A stretch of 64,000 nt of DNA from a virus: positions 28,676 through 92,675 of the IMG/VR virus record IMGVR_UViG_3300019762_000005. One strand, 5' to 3'. Below are positions 1 to 9,796 of the stretch, piece by piece; the stretch's first letter is position 1, and each line of letters begins with the position of its first letter. The notes under the pieces are model-generated. The model was not told where the DNA came from. It searched no databases and saw only the letters and a program-made list of their open reading frames with translations. A program made the position numbers and the translations under genes.

Positions 1-2425
1 CTGGGAACTTTATTGTACTTAACATCCTAACGTCGCTACTCTTATTAATCTTCTCTAACATCCAAGATTTAAAGAATCTAAGACCAGTTTCATTTATAGG
101 ACCAGATGCATTTATACCTTTTGAAGTATTCGTTCCAGCTTTGTAGGTGTCTGTATTTCTAAGATGAGGAGGGGTTTCTGCTAGTAAGTATGTCTGCTTT
201 CTGTTTTCGAAGTAAGTGTATAACCCTGGTAAATTCTTCTCATACATTAACGTACCATTGTAATATAGACATAATTTTCTACACATCTCGTAGAAGTCAT
301 TAGGATCATCTGTACGACCTGTATATTCAGCAACTATTCTACGTGTGAATCTATTCATTACAAATACCGATGTTAGCGAGTCTGTTGATGATACTGCTTT
401 ATCAACTGTATCTCCTCCTAACAAGTAAGTTCCTGCTGGAACTTGTCCATCTACCTTTTGAGGCTTCTCTGAAATTTCTAATGCTCCAACTTTGTTTAGT
501 GATTTCTTTGACAGTGGATAATCTCTAATTGGTTCTAATTCTGTGTCATTTTTAAACTCTACTTCTCCAGCTTCATTGAACTCCAGCTTACCAACAAAAT
601 TAGCATCTAACTCTGTACTACTGTATTCTAATTCAGTAAGTGTGTCTTTAAGATCTGCTGCTGGAAAGAATCCTCCTTCAGACACTAAGAATATTTCTGA
701 CGGAATAAGAGGTCTGTTAATTATGAAGGAAAAGTACTTCTCTTTAGAAGATCTCTTCATTTCTTCCCTTCTGTCCTTCCAGTACTTCTCAGCCATAGTG
801 AAGTTGGTTAACTTGTTTGGACCTTCTTTGAATCTGTTTACTGCCATTGATGCAGGAACGAAGTATCCAATCTTCTTGGATCTATTCTCCCATTGGTCGT
901 GAAATGCTAAACAGTTGTAATCTTCTGGATTTTCAAATATCTTTTTAAGGTGAGTTACTGAGTTTCCTTTTACAAATCCTCCAGTACCAAACATATATAC
1001 AGTTCCGTATTGTCTACCATCATCAGATACAGTATCTTCCAGTCCTCCAAGAACTTCCTCGATATTATTCATAAATCCAACTTCCTCAAGCGCAACCAGC
1101 GATGGTCTTGAACCTGCAGCTGCTAATGGATCTTTCTCGAATGTCCTATGTATCAGCTTAGAAGCTGACTTTTTAGCCTCTACTGTTTGCTCTGCATTCT
1201 TGAACGAACCTTTGCTAGGAACATAAAGTGGAGACGGATAAAACTCTCCTCCAAACCATATTGATCCTGGTAGATTGTCTAATCCAATCGTAGCTTTACT
1301 TAGGAGCTCCATAGAATATTTGGCCTCTATAGCACCTACAAGAGTCTCTGATGCGAGTGGTGTTTTATTTCTTTTATTCTCCAAATAGAAGTCATAATCA
1401 ATAGCTCCGTCAAACATCCAGTTATGTCCAATCCATACTCCTGCATTGTATGATTTACCCGTATTGTGTTGAACTACATAGTCTGACTTTACAAACAAGT
1501 GATCCCCGTCAAGCTTGAATCCAAAAAACTCTCCTTTGCCTATGTACTCCATATCGAATGAAGATTCCTGCACATTGCTACGATTCGTTAACCCTTTTAT
1601 CTTTATACTCGACTTATAGAGCTTTATTGATTGCAACAAAGATTGATGTTTGAACACGATTTTGGTTCTGATATTTATGTGTTTTCCGTAGTTTGAAACC
1701 TGTAATTTATGGTTACTATTTGTTACAAATTCATCAAATCCTCCTGTTGTAGGTTTTATCTTATACAGGTCATCTATTCCAGAGTGAGTCCATTGTACAT
1801 TTCTAGGGCCTCCATCTGGACCCATGACTACATCTCCTTTTACAATATCTTGCACAAGCTTTATAGTTCCATCGTACATGACAACCTCAGTATCTTTACC
1901 AAAGCAATCTCTACTCTCCAGATCAATCACGTTCATTGCTGAATTCTTGTATTGAGGTTTACCCATGCTACCTTTAACATGAACCCTCCTTAAGTATTCT
2001 CTGGCTGTGACGTATTCCTTTCTTTGGCCGTTAGCTTTAAAAGCCTCTGGTACTCCTATCTTCAGCAACGCTTCGCTACCAAAATCCCGTACACCTTGCT
2101 CAAATCTAAAACAAGTCTCTTCTGTATCTCCTTCAAATCCAGAGAACCCTCTAGCTTCAGCAAGGTTCAAATGCTTATCCCATTCAAGATCACGAATGTA
2201 CGGCCTACCTAATATCTTTCCGATAGATTTTTCTGAAGACATTTTGATATGCCAAACGTTAGCAAAAGTATATAATGTTCCTGGCATCCACTTTCCGCCA
2301 ACCCACATTCCTTCTATACATTTACGCTTGACATCTCCCCAATAAGCCAACCTTTCGTACCGTTGAGATACAGGATTGTAACTAGGATGTTCCTTCGTTA
2401 TAAAGTTCTGAGTGTTATATAGCAT
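1..2425 (-). CDS. terL: Terminase large subunit (3' end runs off window; contains intein)
   Basis: Not in the ORF track because it is open at the window edge. Manual translation from ATG 2425 gives MLYNTQNF...YWGDVKRKCIEGMWVGGKWMPGTLY. Walker A ESRD/TGKS is split by an intein; Walker B is LVALEEVG; MFGTGG is present. Resembles crAss-like TerL. Confidence 0.92.
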   Translation of the reverse strand, partial: MLYNTQNFITKEHPSYNPVSQRYERLAYWGDVKRKCIEGMWVGGKWMPGTLYTFANVWHIKMSSEKSIGKILGRPYIRDLEWDKHLNLAEARGFSGFEGDTEETCFRFEQGVRDFGSEALLKIGVPEAFKANGQRKEYVTAREYLRRVHVKGSMGKPQYKNSAMNVIDLESRDCFGKDTEVVMYDGTIKLVQDIVKGDVVMGPDGGPRNVQWTHSGIDDLYKIKPTTGGFDEFVTNSNHKLQVSNYGKHINIRTKIVFKHQSLLQSIKLYKSSIKIKGLTNRSNVQESSFDMEYIGKGEFFGFKLDGDHLFVKSDYVVQHNTGKSYNAGVWIGHNWMFDGAIDYDFYLENKRNKTPLASETLVGAIEAKYSMELLSKATIGLDNLPGSIWFGGEFYPSPLYVPSKGSFKNAEQTVEAKKSASKLIHRTFEKDPLAAAGSRPSLVALEEVGFMNNIEEVLGGLEDTVSDDGRQYGTVYMFGTGGFVKGNSVTHLKKIFENPEDYNCLAFHDQWENRSKKIGYFVPASMAVNRFKEGPNKLTNFTMAEKYWKDRREEMKRSSKEKYFSFIINRPLIPSEIFLVSEGGFFPAADLKDTLTELEYSSTELDANFVGKLEFNEAGEVEFKNDTELEPIRDYPLSKKSLNKVGALEISEKPQKVDGQVPAGTYLLGGDTVDKAVSSTDSLTSVFVMNRFTRRIVAEYTGRTDDPNDFYEMCRKLCLYYNGTLMYEKNLPGLYTYFENRKQTYLLAETPPHLRNTDTYKAGTNTSKGINASGPINETGLRFFKSWMLEKINKSSDVRMLSTIKFP
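1463..1906 (-). mobile_element. Mini-intein (148 aa) in TerL Walker A
   Basis: Begins CFGKDTEVVMYDG and ends FFGFKLDGDHLFVKSDYVVQHN, followed by +1 Thr (TGKS). Too short to carry an endonuclease. Confidence 0.93.
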
Positions 2426-2705
2426 TCTCTTCTTTGTATTTGTTCCAATCTTCTTCTCCCATTAAGTCTGGGAACTTGTTTCCTCCGCACTGCTTAGTAA
2501 CAAAGAACTTCCCGGGTGTGCTACATCCGCAATGTTGACACTTGAATTTGCAAGAGTCCTCACATACTTTCATTCTGTAAGCCACTTGCTCTTTCTTATA
2601 CTCTGGTAAATGCATAAACTCCGCAGCCTTAATAGGTGGGAGTTTACTTATTATCAACCTAGTGTTACCTTGGATGAATTCCGATATGTTTTTTAGTGTT
2701 ATCAT
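2415..2705 (-). CDS. Small Cys-rich (Zn-ribbon-like) protein upstream of terminase
   Basis: CEDSC...CQHCGC...C; overlaps the terL start. Confidence 0.7.
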   Translation of the reverse strand: MITLKNISEFIQGNTRLIISKLPPIKAAEFMHLPEYKKEQVAYRMKVCEDSCKFKCQHCGCSTPGKFFVTKQCGGNKFPDLMGEEDWNKYKEENAI

Positions 2706-3283
2706 TAGAAGTCGTCGCTATCTGAGTCATAGACTACCTTTCCGTTATCTTTTGACAAACTAAGGTCTAAGTTCTTTTTAGTATCAGCGTACTCTTTAAA
2801 GTATTTAGCAGTACTGGCTAGTAATTTGTCTAGTGCTTCTACAGATTTGAAGTTGACTACATTTAGTCCTGTTTCAGGATCTTCTCTCCCTTCTAGTTCT
2901 TCTATATACCATTTCTTAAGAGAAGACTGTCTCATCCTCATTATCTCGTACCATTCGTTCATTTCAAACTCTAATGGATCAAGTGCAACCTCTTTGTATT
3001 TAGCTATCAAGCTTAAGGAAAACTCTGATTTCCAATCAAAGTTGACATCCTTTATTATGTCTTTTGCTAATTGAACTTGCTTCTCATCTTCGTTCAACAT
3101 ATACAATTTAGATGCTGGATTGTAGGCGTAATGTAGTGCCCACATAACCTTGCTTGAGTAAGCTTTCATTCTACTAGCCTTATCGTCTTTGTATAGCGTT
3201 TTGAACGGCTCAACGTATTTAAGTTCTGGGAACTCGTCCCAAAATCTCTTTGTATGGTCAAAATGATTTCTAAGGTTGCTCAT
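2705..3283 (-). CDS. Hypothetical helical protein (position compatible with small terminase)
   Basis: 192 aa, coupled to neighbouring genes; function inferred from position only. Confidence 0.5.
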   Translation of the reverse strand: MSNLRNHFDHTKRFWDEFPELKYVEPFKTLYKDDKASRMKAYSSKVMWALHYAYNPASKLYMLNEDEKQVQLAKDIIKDVNFDWKSEFSLSLIAKYKEVALDPLEFEMNEWYEIMRMRQSSLKKWYIEELEGREDPETGLNVVNFKSVEALDKLLASTAKYFKEYADTKKNLDLSLSKDNGKVVYDSDSDDF

Positions 3284-3533
3284 CTAATTTCTTTCTTTTA
3301 TATTCTCTTCGTCTTTCTAACTTGTACTTATTCGGCATTATCTTAGCTATACCGCTGAGATGTAGAACACTCAGAGATTCTTCTATAGCTCCAAGATCAT
3401 CTTCTTTATACTTTTCAGACATCAACTTAGCAGCAGTACGTCCGTAATCTCTGTAAGCTTGAAGGGCCTTTCTTTCGTTAAGACCCTTCTCCCTTGCCAC
3501 TTCTCTAATTATATCTTCCTGCCACTTCTCCAT
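3270..3533 (-). CDS. HU/IHF-like DNA-binding protein
   Basis: IIREVAREKGLN...LHLSGIAKI pattern; IHF-like genes are typical near crAss-like terminases. Confidence 0.6.
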   Translation of the reverse strand: MEKWQEDIIREVAREKGLNERKALQAYRDYGRTAAKLMSEKYKEDDLGAIEESLSVLHLSGIAKIMPNKYKLERRREYKRKKLDEQP

Positions 3534-4205
3534 TTATAAACTCTTTATAAATTCATGTAGTTTTAAATTCCATTTAGCGTCGTCAAGAGCATTGTGTTCA
3601 TTACTTTGTTTAGGGTAGTTTTCTAATCTTTTACAATACTTTAAATGTTTGTTAAAACTCTCTTGTGTAATACACATTCCAGCATTTCTAACTTTACTAT
3701 CTAACTCTTGCTTTAAATCTATACAGTACATTGGGAATCCTTTTGGTAGGTCAATCATACGTCCAAATAACCAACAGAATACTACCCAATCGTAATCAGC
3801 ATAGTATGCGTAGAAATTTATGTCTTTCGGTATAATCTTCTCTGTGTTTTCCTTTGGGTAGCCTGTAACAGCGAATCCGTAAGTAAACTCTATAATTTCA
3901 TTTGCTATTTGAGTCTTTGATTTACCCTTCCAATCAATCAATCTTTTAAACCCTTTGTACGTAAAATCTTCTTTATGGTAAGTAGTTTCAGAATTTAATT
4001 CTTTCCATATATCTTTAAGTACATTTTCTCTTAACCACTCATTATTCCAAGCAGCTCTTACGTCAAACTCTTTACAAACATTGTAGTATTCTCTACCGTC
4101 TTCCGCTACAATACCTATTGAAATAAGCTCTATAGTGTCTGTAGCTTTACCTATAAAAGGTTTCTTTTTGTATTCGTGAAATTCTGTGTCTATATAATAA
4201 TTCAT
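3534..4205 (-). CDS. DEDD 3'-5' exo(ribo)nuclease, Rv2179c/DUF5051-like
   Basis: YYIDTEF, LISIGIVAEDGREYY, YADYDW and HNALDDAKW motifs. Confidence 0.85.
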   Translation of the reverse strand: MNYYIDTEFHEYKKKPFIGKATDTIELISIGIVAEDGREYYNVCKEFDVRAAWNNEWLRENVLKDIWKELNSETTYHKEDFTYKGFKRLIDWKGKSKTQIANEIIEFTYGFAVTGYPKENTEKIIPKDINFYAYYADYDWVVFCWLFGRMIDLPKGFPMYCIDLKQELDSKVRNAGMCITQESFNKHLKYCKRLENYPKQSNEHNALDDAKWNLKLHEFIKSL

Positions 4206-4404
4206 GCTGTCTTTATTGTATTTGTTTAAAACCCTGGTTTAGATTCTTCTTTACGATTCTCGTTGAGATCGTGAGTAGCATCCATTGTTCTCTTTATGAT
4301 TAATATTCCTAAGAAGTATATCTTAACTATCGTCTCTTCATTACAAATGTTGTCTTTTATTGACATCCATTTAATTTTTTGCTCTGTGACTCTTTTAATC
4401 ATAA

Positions 4405-4626
4405 CTACTCAGTAAAGTTTGCTTTAACTGCAAAATGACAAGCTCCTTCTAATTCTGTTTGAGCTATAGATATTACTCTATGCTTTTCTCCAGAAGCTTC
4501 TTCAGTTCTCATGCCTTCAAGAAGGTCTATTACTTCAGCAACTTTGTTTTTGATTTCATCAACCGTGCTGTTCTTTGCTGGATTAAATTCAGCCTTTACT
4601 CTTTTTTGTCCTAGTGTTTGTCCCAT
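4405..4626 (-). CDS. Acb2/Tad1-like helical hairpin protein (putative nucleotide-signal sponge)
   Basis: 73 aa with two helices; C-terminal RVISIAQTELEGACHFAVKA resembles the RxLxIAxTxLxxAxMWAxRA helix of T4 Vs.4/Acb2. Confidence 0.5.
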   Translation of the reverse strand: MGQTLGQKRVKAEFNPAKNSTVDEIKNKVAEVIDLLEGMRTEEASGEKHRVISIAQTELEGACHFAVKANFTE

Positions 4627-4628
4627 GA

Positions 4629-5087
4629 TTACTTTTCTTTTTGATCTTCTGTTAATTCAGATACTATTCTAGTATCTTTTGATAATTCTGCTTCAGTAAT
4701 TACATCTCCTCTTCTGTAGATTAACCTATAAGGTCCGTTAACCTCTGTAAGAGATTTAAGGTTTTCTGCATTCTTTTCCGATTCATTGTCATATATGAAT
4801 ACTAATCCGTTAGCTTCACATTCCCATTTAGTGAAAGGAGATACAACCTCGTCGCTCTTCAATAAGAATATATCTCTAGCCGTCTTTCTATAAACTCTAA
4901 GATTATGACTAGACTCTCTCATAAGTCTTTGAAATATTCTGTTTGCTAAATGCTCGTGAGCTATATCGTTGTCGTGATGATCCGTAACTGTAACGCTACC
5001 ATTCTTGTATAATTCTTGGATGTGTGAATCTACCAATCTAGTAGTTCTACCTGTTCCTCTAAACTCGTCTTCTTTTAATTCTGCCAT
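4629..5087 (-). CDS. Hypothetical protein with P-loop-like RGTGRTT
   Basis: ORF in the operon; N-terminal motif only. Confidence 0.5.
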   Translation of the reverse strand: MAELKEDEFRGTGRTTRLVDSHIQELYKNGSVTVTDHHDNDIAHEHLANRIFQRLMRESSHNLRVYRKTARDIFLLKSDEVVSPFTKWECEANGLVFIYDNESEKNAENLKSLTEVNGPYRLIYRRGDVITEAELSKDTRIVSELTEDQKEK

Positions 5088-5096
5088 GATTATTTT

Positions 5097-5729
5097 TTAT
5101 GAAAATTTAATATCTATTTTTTTCTTCTTTATTACTTCAGCCTCAGACGAATCTGCTATTTCCTTACCTAGCGTAGATGAGCTAGGAACTTTAGGAAACT
5201 CGAATCCACCTATAGAATGAGCTGGTTTTGCTACTGATTCTATTTCTTGCTCTTCTTTAATCGGTAAAACTTCGTCTATGATTTCTTCCGGTACTGAAGG
5301 AGTAGGCTTTGGTATAGGTGTCGGAGTAGGATACACAGCCTTAGCTGGCTCTTCTTTCCTTGTTAGGATTAGTCCTAGTTCTATACCTTCTTCTGACGGT
5401 TCAATGATAAGCGTCTTGTTTAAGACTCCGCTCTCTGATAATATCTCCTTTCCAAAAAACTTCTTCGTTTTTAATCTTTTAAGTACTTGGGAGAAGGCAG
5501 TAGACTTCATTCCTAAGTCTCTATATATCTCCTGTCTAATTTCAGTCGATAGTATAAATTTAGCTCTTTTGTTTTCTTCAATCGAACTATACTCAATATT
5601 GTACTCTATGAGCTTAGCTAGTACTAACTGCTCTTGAGGACTTAGATTTAACGAGAAATTCAGGAAAGCCACCACTTGTCTGTAGACTTGGCCACCTACA
5701 AATGGTAATGCTAACTTGAATTCTTTCAT
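5097..5729 (-). CDS. Winged-HTH protein with Pro/Glu-rich tail
   Basis: LSPQEQLVLAKL...RQEIYRDLGMKSTAFSQVLKRLK. Confidence 0.6.
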   Translation of the reverse strand: MKEFKLALPFVGGQVYRQVVAFLNFSLNLSPQEQLVLAKLIEYNIEYSSIEENKRAKFILSTEIRQEIYRDLGMKSTAFSQVLKRLKTKKFFGKEILSESGVLNKTLIIEPSEEGIELGLILTRKEEPAKAVYPTPTPIPKPTPSVPEEIIDEVLPIKEEQEIESVAKPAHSIGGFEFPKVPSSSTLGKEIADSSEAEVIKKKKIDIKFS

Positions 5730-6101
5730 TTAGTTTTCTTGCTGTTTGATAAATATACCTTTAGCTTCTTTCTGCATCTCTTCATCAGTTCTCATCTGAA
5801 CCGCAGCCTGGTTAATCACAAGCATACCAGTACCCATAAGGTATTGGATCATCTTCTTATACATAACAACGTATTGTTTGAAGACTTGGATTTCCTTGCT
5901 AATAGTTATAGCGAACTCTTGTAACGCTATGGTCCTATTTACACCTGCTGATTTGGTTGTTAGAGTGATTGAAAACACACCATTCTTAGTGTTGTCCTTA
6001 ATATTGAATGATTGCCCCATAGAGACAAATTCTTTATTAATCTCGTTTACCATTGATTCAGTAAACTTCTTTAGGTAATTAAATTCTGCCGTATCTGTCA
6101 T
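5730..6101 (-). CDS. Hypothetical protein
   Basis: 123-aa ORF abutting its downstream neighbour. Confidence 0.6.
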   Translation of the reverse strand: MTDTAEFNYLKKFTESMVNEINKEFVSMGQSFNIKDNTKNGVFSITLTTKSAGVNRTIALQEFAITISKEIQVFKQYVVMYKKMIQYLMGTGMLVINQAAVQMRTDEEMQKEAKGIFIKQQEN

Positions 6102-6111
6102 TACGTGTTAT

Positions 6112-6396
6112 TTATTTAGTGAAACCTAACGCTACTAATTTATCCTCTGGAGAATTCTTAACAGCTACTTTTTCACTCAACTTCTCAATGAAGCTGTCAT
6201 GAGCCTCTTCAATAGGCATCTTAGTATCGTAATATTTAACACCTAATTCCTTTCCTAACTTGTCAGTAGCAATGAACTCGTTGAACACTTCTTGATCCTC
6301 AGACTCAGGATACTCACCTTTTTTGATTCTTTTAGGTGAAGAAAGTTCTACTGTAATGATTACTACTTCTCCGTTGATTGTGGTTGTTTTTACCAT
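6112..6396 (-). CDS. Hypothetical protein (probable start ATG 6396)
   Basis: MVKTTTINGE...; A-rich context before the ATG. Confidence 0.6.
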   Translation of the reverse strand: MVKTTTINGEVVIITVELSSPKRIKKGEYPESEDQEVFNEFIATDKLGKELGVKYYDTKMPIEEAHDSFIEKLSEKVAVKNSPEDKLVALGFTK

Positions 6397-6924
6397 TGTA
6401 ATGTTTTGTTCGTTTATATATATATGAACTGTAAAGATAGGTAAAAATTTGTAATAGAAAAATCTAGGCATAAAAAAGCCCCTACATAATTGCAGAGGTG
6501 TATTTTCTTCCATCAACTCATCACTAGATGGTATCTTATATTCTTTCGGCTTCCTTAGACTCAAAAGTTTTTAATAAGTAATTAAAAATTTATCGCTTCG
6601 TCATCCTCATAAAGAAGATTGTTAATCTCCTTCATCGCATAGCGATGGTTACGGCTTCGCCTATCTACGCTGTTTTGTAGAGAATTGATGCCTAAGAAGT
6701 GAATGTTATACCTTTCTTCGTTACCGTTGTTTGCTTTCAGATTCATATCGCTTCCGTCACGACTTAGATTCTGTAAGTTTTATGTTGTCTCTAAACAGCT
6801 ATGTATTTATTGACTTGTTATCACGATACTTACTAAAAGGATAGCTTGGAATTAAGAGGTCCCGTAACCAAGAATTTTCATTCCTCAACCGGCAAGCTCC
6901 ACTATTTGCTCAAACATCCAGATG

Positions 6925-6955
6925 CAAATATAAGGTTTTATTGCTTATGTGCCAA
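6925..6955 (-). promoter_or_regulatory. Bacteroidota housekeeping-sigma promoter facing the terminase block
   Basis: Minus strand reads TTG-N20-TATATTTG, matching the -33 TTG / -7 TAnnTTTG consensus. Confidence 0.6.
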
Positions 6956-7014
6956 GATATTAGGTGTGTTTTTTATATTTTTTTTTGGGACTTTTGTATA
7001 CGAATTGTATGGGT

Positions 7015-7108
7015 TTTTAATTTTTAGACCCCCCCCTATACTTTTTATATGTTAGCTTCTATAGACTTTTAATTTTTTAGAACCCCATATGTTAGCTTCT
7101 AAAGACTA
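7015..7108. repeat. Two ~40-bp direct repeats with C-tracts
   Basis: ATATGTTAGCTTCTA at 7047-7061 and 7087-7101; each copy is preceded by TTTTTAGA(A)CCCC and followed by AGACT. Confidence 0.8.
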
Positions 7109-7189
7109 TCCACCCAAACAACCCCTACTAAGTTTTAGCGGGAAAAGGTCCCGCCCCTTAAATTGCCAATCGGCCAAACAATTACTACT

Positions 7190-7444
7190 ATGGACATTAT
7201 TATCGACAAAATTACGAACTCAGAAAAGAACGAAGGATTATCACACTTATCTATGACTGCTAGTGTAAAGACTAAGTTTGGTCTTAACACTACAAAGATG
7301 TACATGTGGGTGATGGATACTGAACTTAGCGAGGGTGATACTATTACTGTATCTTCTAGCGACTTCACGTCTTATCAGAAAGAGATGACTGGTGATGATG
7401 GTGTTACTAGAGTATTGACATACCTGAAGCCTTCTGTATTCTAA
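7190..7444 (+). CDS. Hypothetical protein, first gene of the rightward arm
   Basis: MDIIIDKIT...; ATG context ACTACTATG resembles the other early genes. Confidence 0.6.
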   Translation: MDIIIDKITNSEKNEGLSHLSMTASVKTKFGLNTTKMYMWVMDTELSEGDTITVSSSDFTSYQKEMTGDDGVTRVLTYLKPSVF

Positions 7445-7530
7445 TACCTTAATAGGGTGAGTGACCTGTAATGGTTGCTCATCTGTTACCGAGGTTGTAT
7501 GTGATATGCATGCTTATTGGTTTGATAACT

Positions 7531-7730
7531 ACCGACTGTACCAGACTGGACCAGACTGTAACAACAAGGTCGTAGACTATACCTTATTATATAGACACCT
7601 GCAGAATTGGAACTTTAGCAAAATATCAATACGTACAACATTAGCACATTACGGTCCTTATTGGACCAATATTACTAGACTGTACTGTTATGTACTGACT
7701 GTTAACCAGTTAGGCCTTGATAGGACTACA
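7531..7730. repeat. Tandem 10-bp repeats and dispersed GACTRTA-like copies
   Basis: accgactgta-ccagactgga-ccagactgta at 7531-7560; related copies near 7573, 7676, 7696 and 7722. Confidence 0.65.
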
Positions 7731-8005
7731 CTTCTTGGATGGGAAATGTTGAAAAGTGTTGGAAAGTGTTAGCAAGTGTGGATGTAATTTACTTATGCTC
7801 TCTCGTACCAATCCCATCATACCAACATACATCCATTTTAAAGAGCTTAATGTTATTGTCCTTAACAACCAGTCCAGAAGAATACAACAGTCCGTAAGGA
7901 TTACATTTTACTAGCATTATACATAAAATACTATGTGTGTGTTAGCAACCTATTACATAAACAAACAACTTTTTTACACAACAATCATTAAAAACTACTA
8001 CAATT

Positions 8006-8422
8006 ATGGGATTTCAAATACAAACTAGTGAAAAGAAAGCAATAGCTATTAACGATTTAGATATTGAAGCATGTGCTCTATGGGGACATGAAGTTGACAA
8101 GAAAGCATACGCTAAACCTCTTAGCAGAGATAAGTTCGAGAACTCTATGGATTATCATTTCCAATCCAATTGGTTTGATGCCATTGGAGGTATGATAGCT
8201 CATCCATCAAAATCACCTTACTATAGTGGGTGGAAAGAGATTAAGCATGGGTTTATTAAACTACATATGGCATCACATTACTTCAAGGGAGATACTTTAG
8301 AGTGTCAATCACCAGAGTATATTGCTGAAGCATACAAACATGTTGTTAAGTATGTAGAGCCATATTTATCATTAATAGATCATTGGGAGTCTAAAGGATA
8401 TATTCCAGTTAAAATAGATTAA
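8006..8422 (+). CDS. Hypothetical early protein
   Basis: 138-aa ORF with good start context. Confidence 0.7.
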   Translation: MGFQIQTSEKKAIAINDLDIEACALWGHEVDKKAYAKPLSRDKFENSMDYHFQSNWFDAIGGMIAHPSKSPYYSGWKEIKHGFIKLHMASHYFKGDTLECQSPEYIAEAYKHVVKYVEPYLSLIDHWESKGYIPVKID

Positions 8423-8458
8423 AACAAAACTGTAACAAACATTAAAAACTACTATATC

Positions 8459-8770
8459 ATGAAGGAATTATTAGAACAATTGTTAGAGTCTTACAGAGAA
8501 AGACTTGAGTATGCAATCCTTAAAGAAGGAAAAGATAATCTTTATTACATTATAGGATTATGTAATAGTGTTAGACATGCTGCTTCAAATATAGAAGACT
8601 TCTATAAGCTTAAAGATTATCTTAGAAAGAATCTGCCTGATAAAGTACATAGACCTTGTGATGGAGGAAGAATTTGGGAAATAAGTGATGATAACTATTC
8701 TTTCCCATTAACTATCAAAGGTCACGATATGCGTGAAGCTTGGATGATAGAACATATTAACAAACATTAA
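8459..8770 (+). CDS. Hypothetical early protein
   Basis: 103-aa ORF. Confidence 0.7.
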   Translation: MKELLEQLLESYRERLEYAILKEGKDNLYYIIGLCNSVRHAASNIEDFYKLKDYLRKNLPDKVHRPCDGGRIWEISDDNYSFPLTIKGHDMREAWMIEHINKH

Positions 8771-8868
8771 GATATTAATAGAGGACAATAAACGATAGGT
8801 TTTATTAGGGGTAGTCATTTCCTATCGGTCCTCTATTATTCATTTATACCCATAAAAAACAACAACCC

Positions 8869-9036
8869 ATGAAAATAGCATTATCATTAATATTAGTAGG
8901 AGTAGTATTCGCAATATTATTCATAGCCTTTATGGCTACATTAGGAGCGATCAACAACCTTATGTTGAGTAACTCATTTATAGCAGTAATAATAACTGCG
9001 TCGGTATTATTATACTTCAATAGAGAAAGAAAATAA
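8869..9036 (+). CDS. Small two-TM membrane protein (55 aa, below ORF-track cutoff)
   Basis: MKIALSLILVGVVFAILFIAF...FIAVIITASVLLYFNRERK. Confidence 0.6.
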   Translation: MKIALSLILVGVVFAILFIAFMATLGAINNLMLSNSFIAVIITASVLLYFNRERK

Positions 9037-9058
9037 CAACCCTTAAAAATAGATTAAG

Positions 9059-9271
9059 ATGAGATATTCGCAACAAATAATAATTGAAGACTTGAAAAAG
9101 CTTATAGGAAAAAATGTACACTTCTCTAATTATGGAGGAAGAAACATAGATATTAAGCATGTATTTGCTGACATTGAATGTGATCAGACAATATATGTAG
9201 CTGATGATAATGTAGCTTTAGCTATTAACATCTCTGCATTAAAGTATAAAATAAGACAAGAGTCTAAATAA
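9059..9271 (+). CDS. Hypothetical protein flanked by 19-bp direct repeats
   Basis: 70-aa ORF. Confidence 0.6.
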   Translation: MRYSQQIIIEDLKKLIGKNVHFSNYGGRNIDIKHVFADIECDQTIYVADDNVALAINISALKYKIRQESK

Positions 9272-9293
9272 CAACCCTTAAAAACCTAGAGAC

Positions 9294-9536
9294 ATGAAAC
9301 ATTTACCATTTGTATTAATTGTAATATCAATATTATCAATATTAACAGCGTTAATCTTCAGTGAGACTGGAGTAGCTGTAACGTTAGGAGTAACAATATT
9401 ACCTATATCATTAAAGATATGGATAGAGCAAGGTCATTATAATGACAAGAAAGTAGTTAATCGCTACAAGTCAAGACATGCTTATGATAGAATTAATAAC
9501 CCAAGAGCTGTTAATCGCTATAAACAACAAAGATAG
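9294..9536 (+). CDS. Small membrane protein
   Basis: Two hydrophobic segments and a basic tail. Confidence 0.65.
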   Translation: MKHLPFVLIVISILSILTALIFSETGVAVTLGVTILPISLKIWIEQGHYNDKKVVNRYKSRHAYDRINNPRAVNRYKQQR

Positions 9537-9538
9537 TT

Positions 9539-9796
9539 ATGAATCCAATGTATGTATTTGAGTCACCTATATCTTCAGTGGAAGAGAGTAGCGAGACTAT
9601 CAGAAGAATAGCAGTATTCACAAAGAGACAAGGCTTTAAGTTTATCAAAAAGAATCAATCTCCTCTTGCTAAAAGTAAGCTTAATATCAGCGGAATGAAA
9701 CATGGTGAACATCTTATGTTTCAAGGAAGAATATTAATTAGAATCCGAGAGGATCAATGCGTAGGTGCTGAAATAAAAACAGTTAACCTAAAGTAA
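9539..9796 (+). CDS. Hypothetical protein
   Basis: 85-aa ORF. Confidence 0.6.
   Translation: MNPMYVFESPISSVEESSETIRRIAVFTKRQGFKFIKKNQSPLAKSKLNISGMKHGEHLMFQGRILIRIREDQCVGAEIKTVNLK

Noticed and set aside
543-3074. Plus-strand ORFs over the terminase region
   Set aside because: Antisense shadows of terL and its neighbours.
6397-6564. N-terminal extension of ORF 6112-6564
   Set aside because: It runs through an AT-rich, promoter/terminator-like intergenic sequence; ATG 6396 has the typical start context.
7015-7730. CRISPR array
   Set aside because: Repeats are too short and too few, with no regular unique spacers and no cas genes.
7461-7772. 103-aa ORF
   Set aside because: GTG start without the typical A-rich context, atypical composition, and overlap with the repeat tract.
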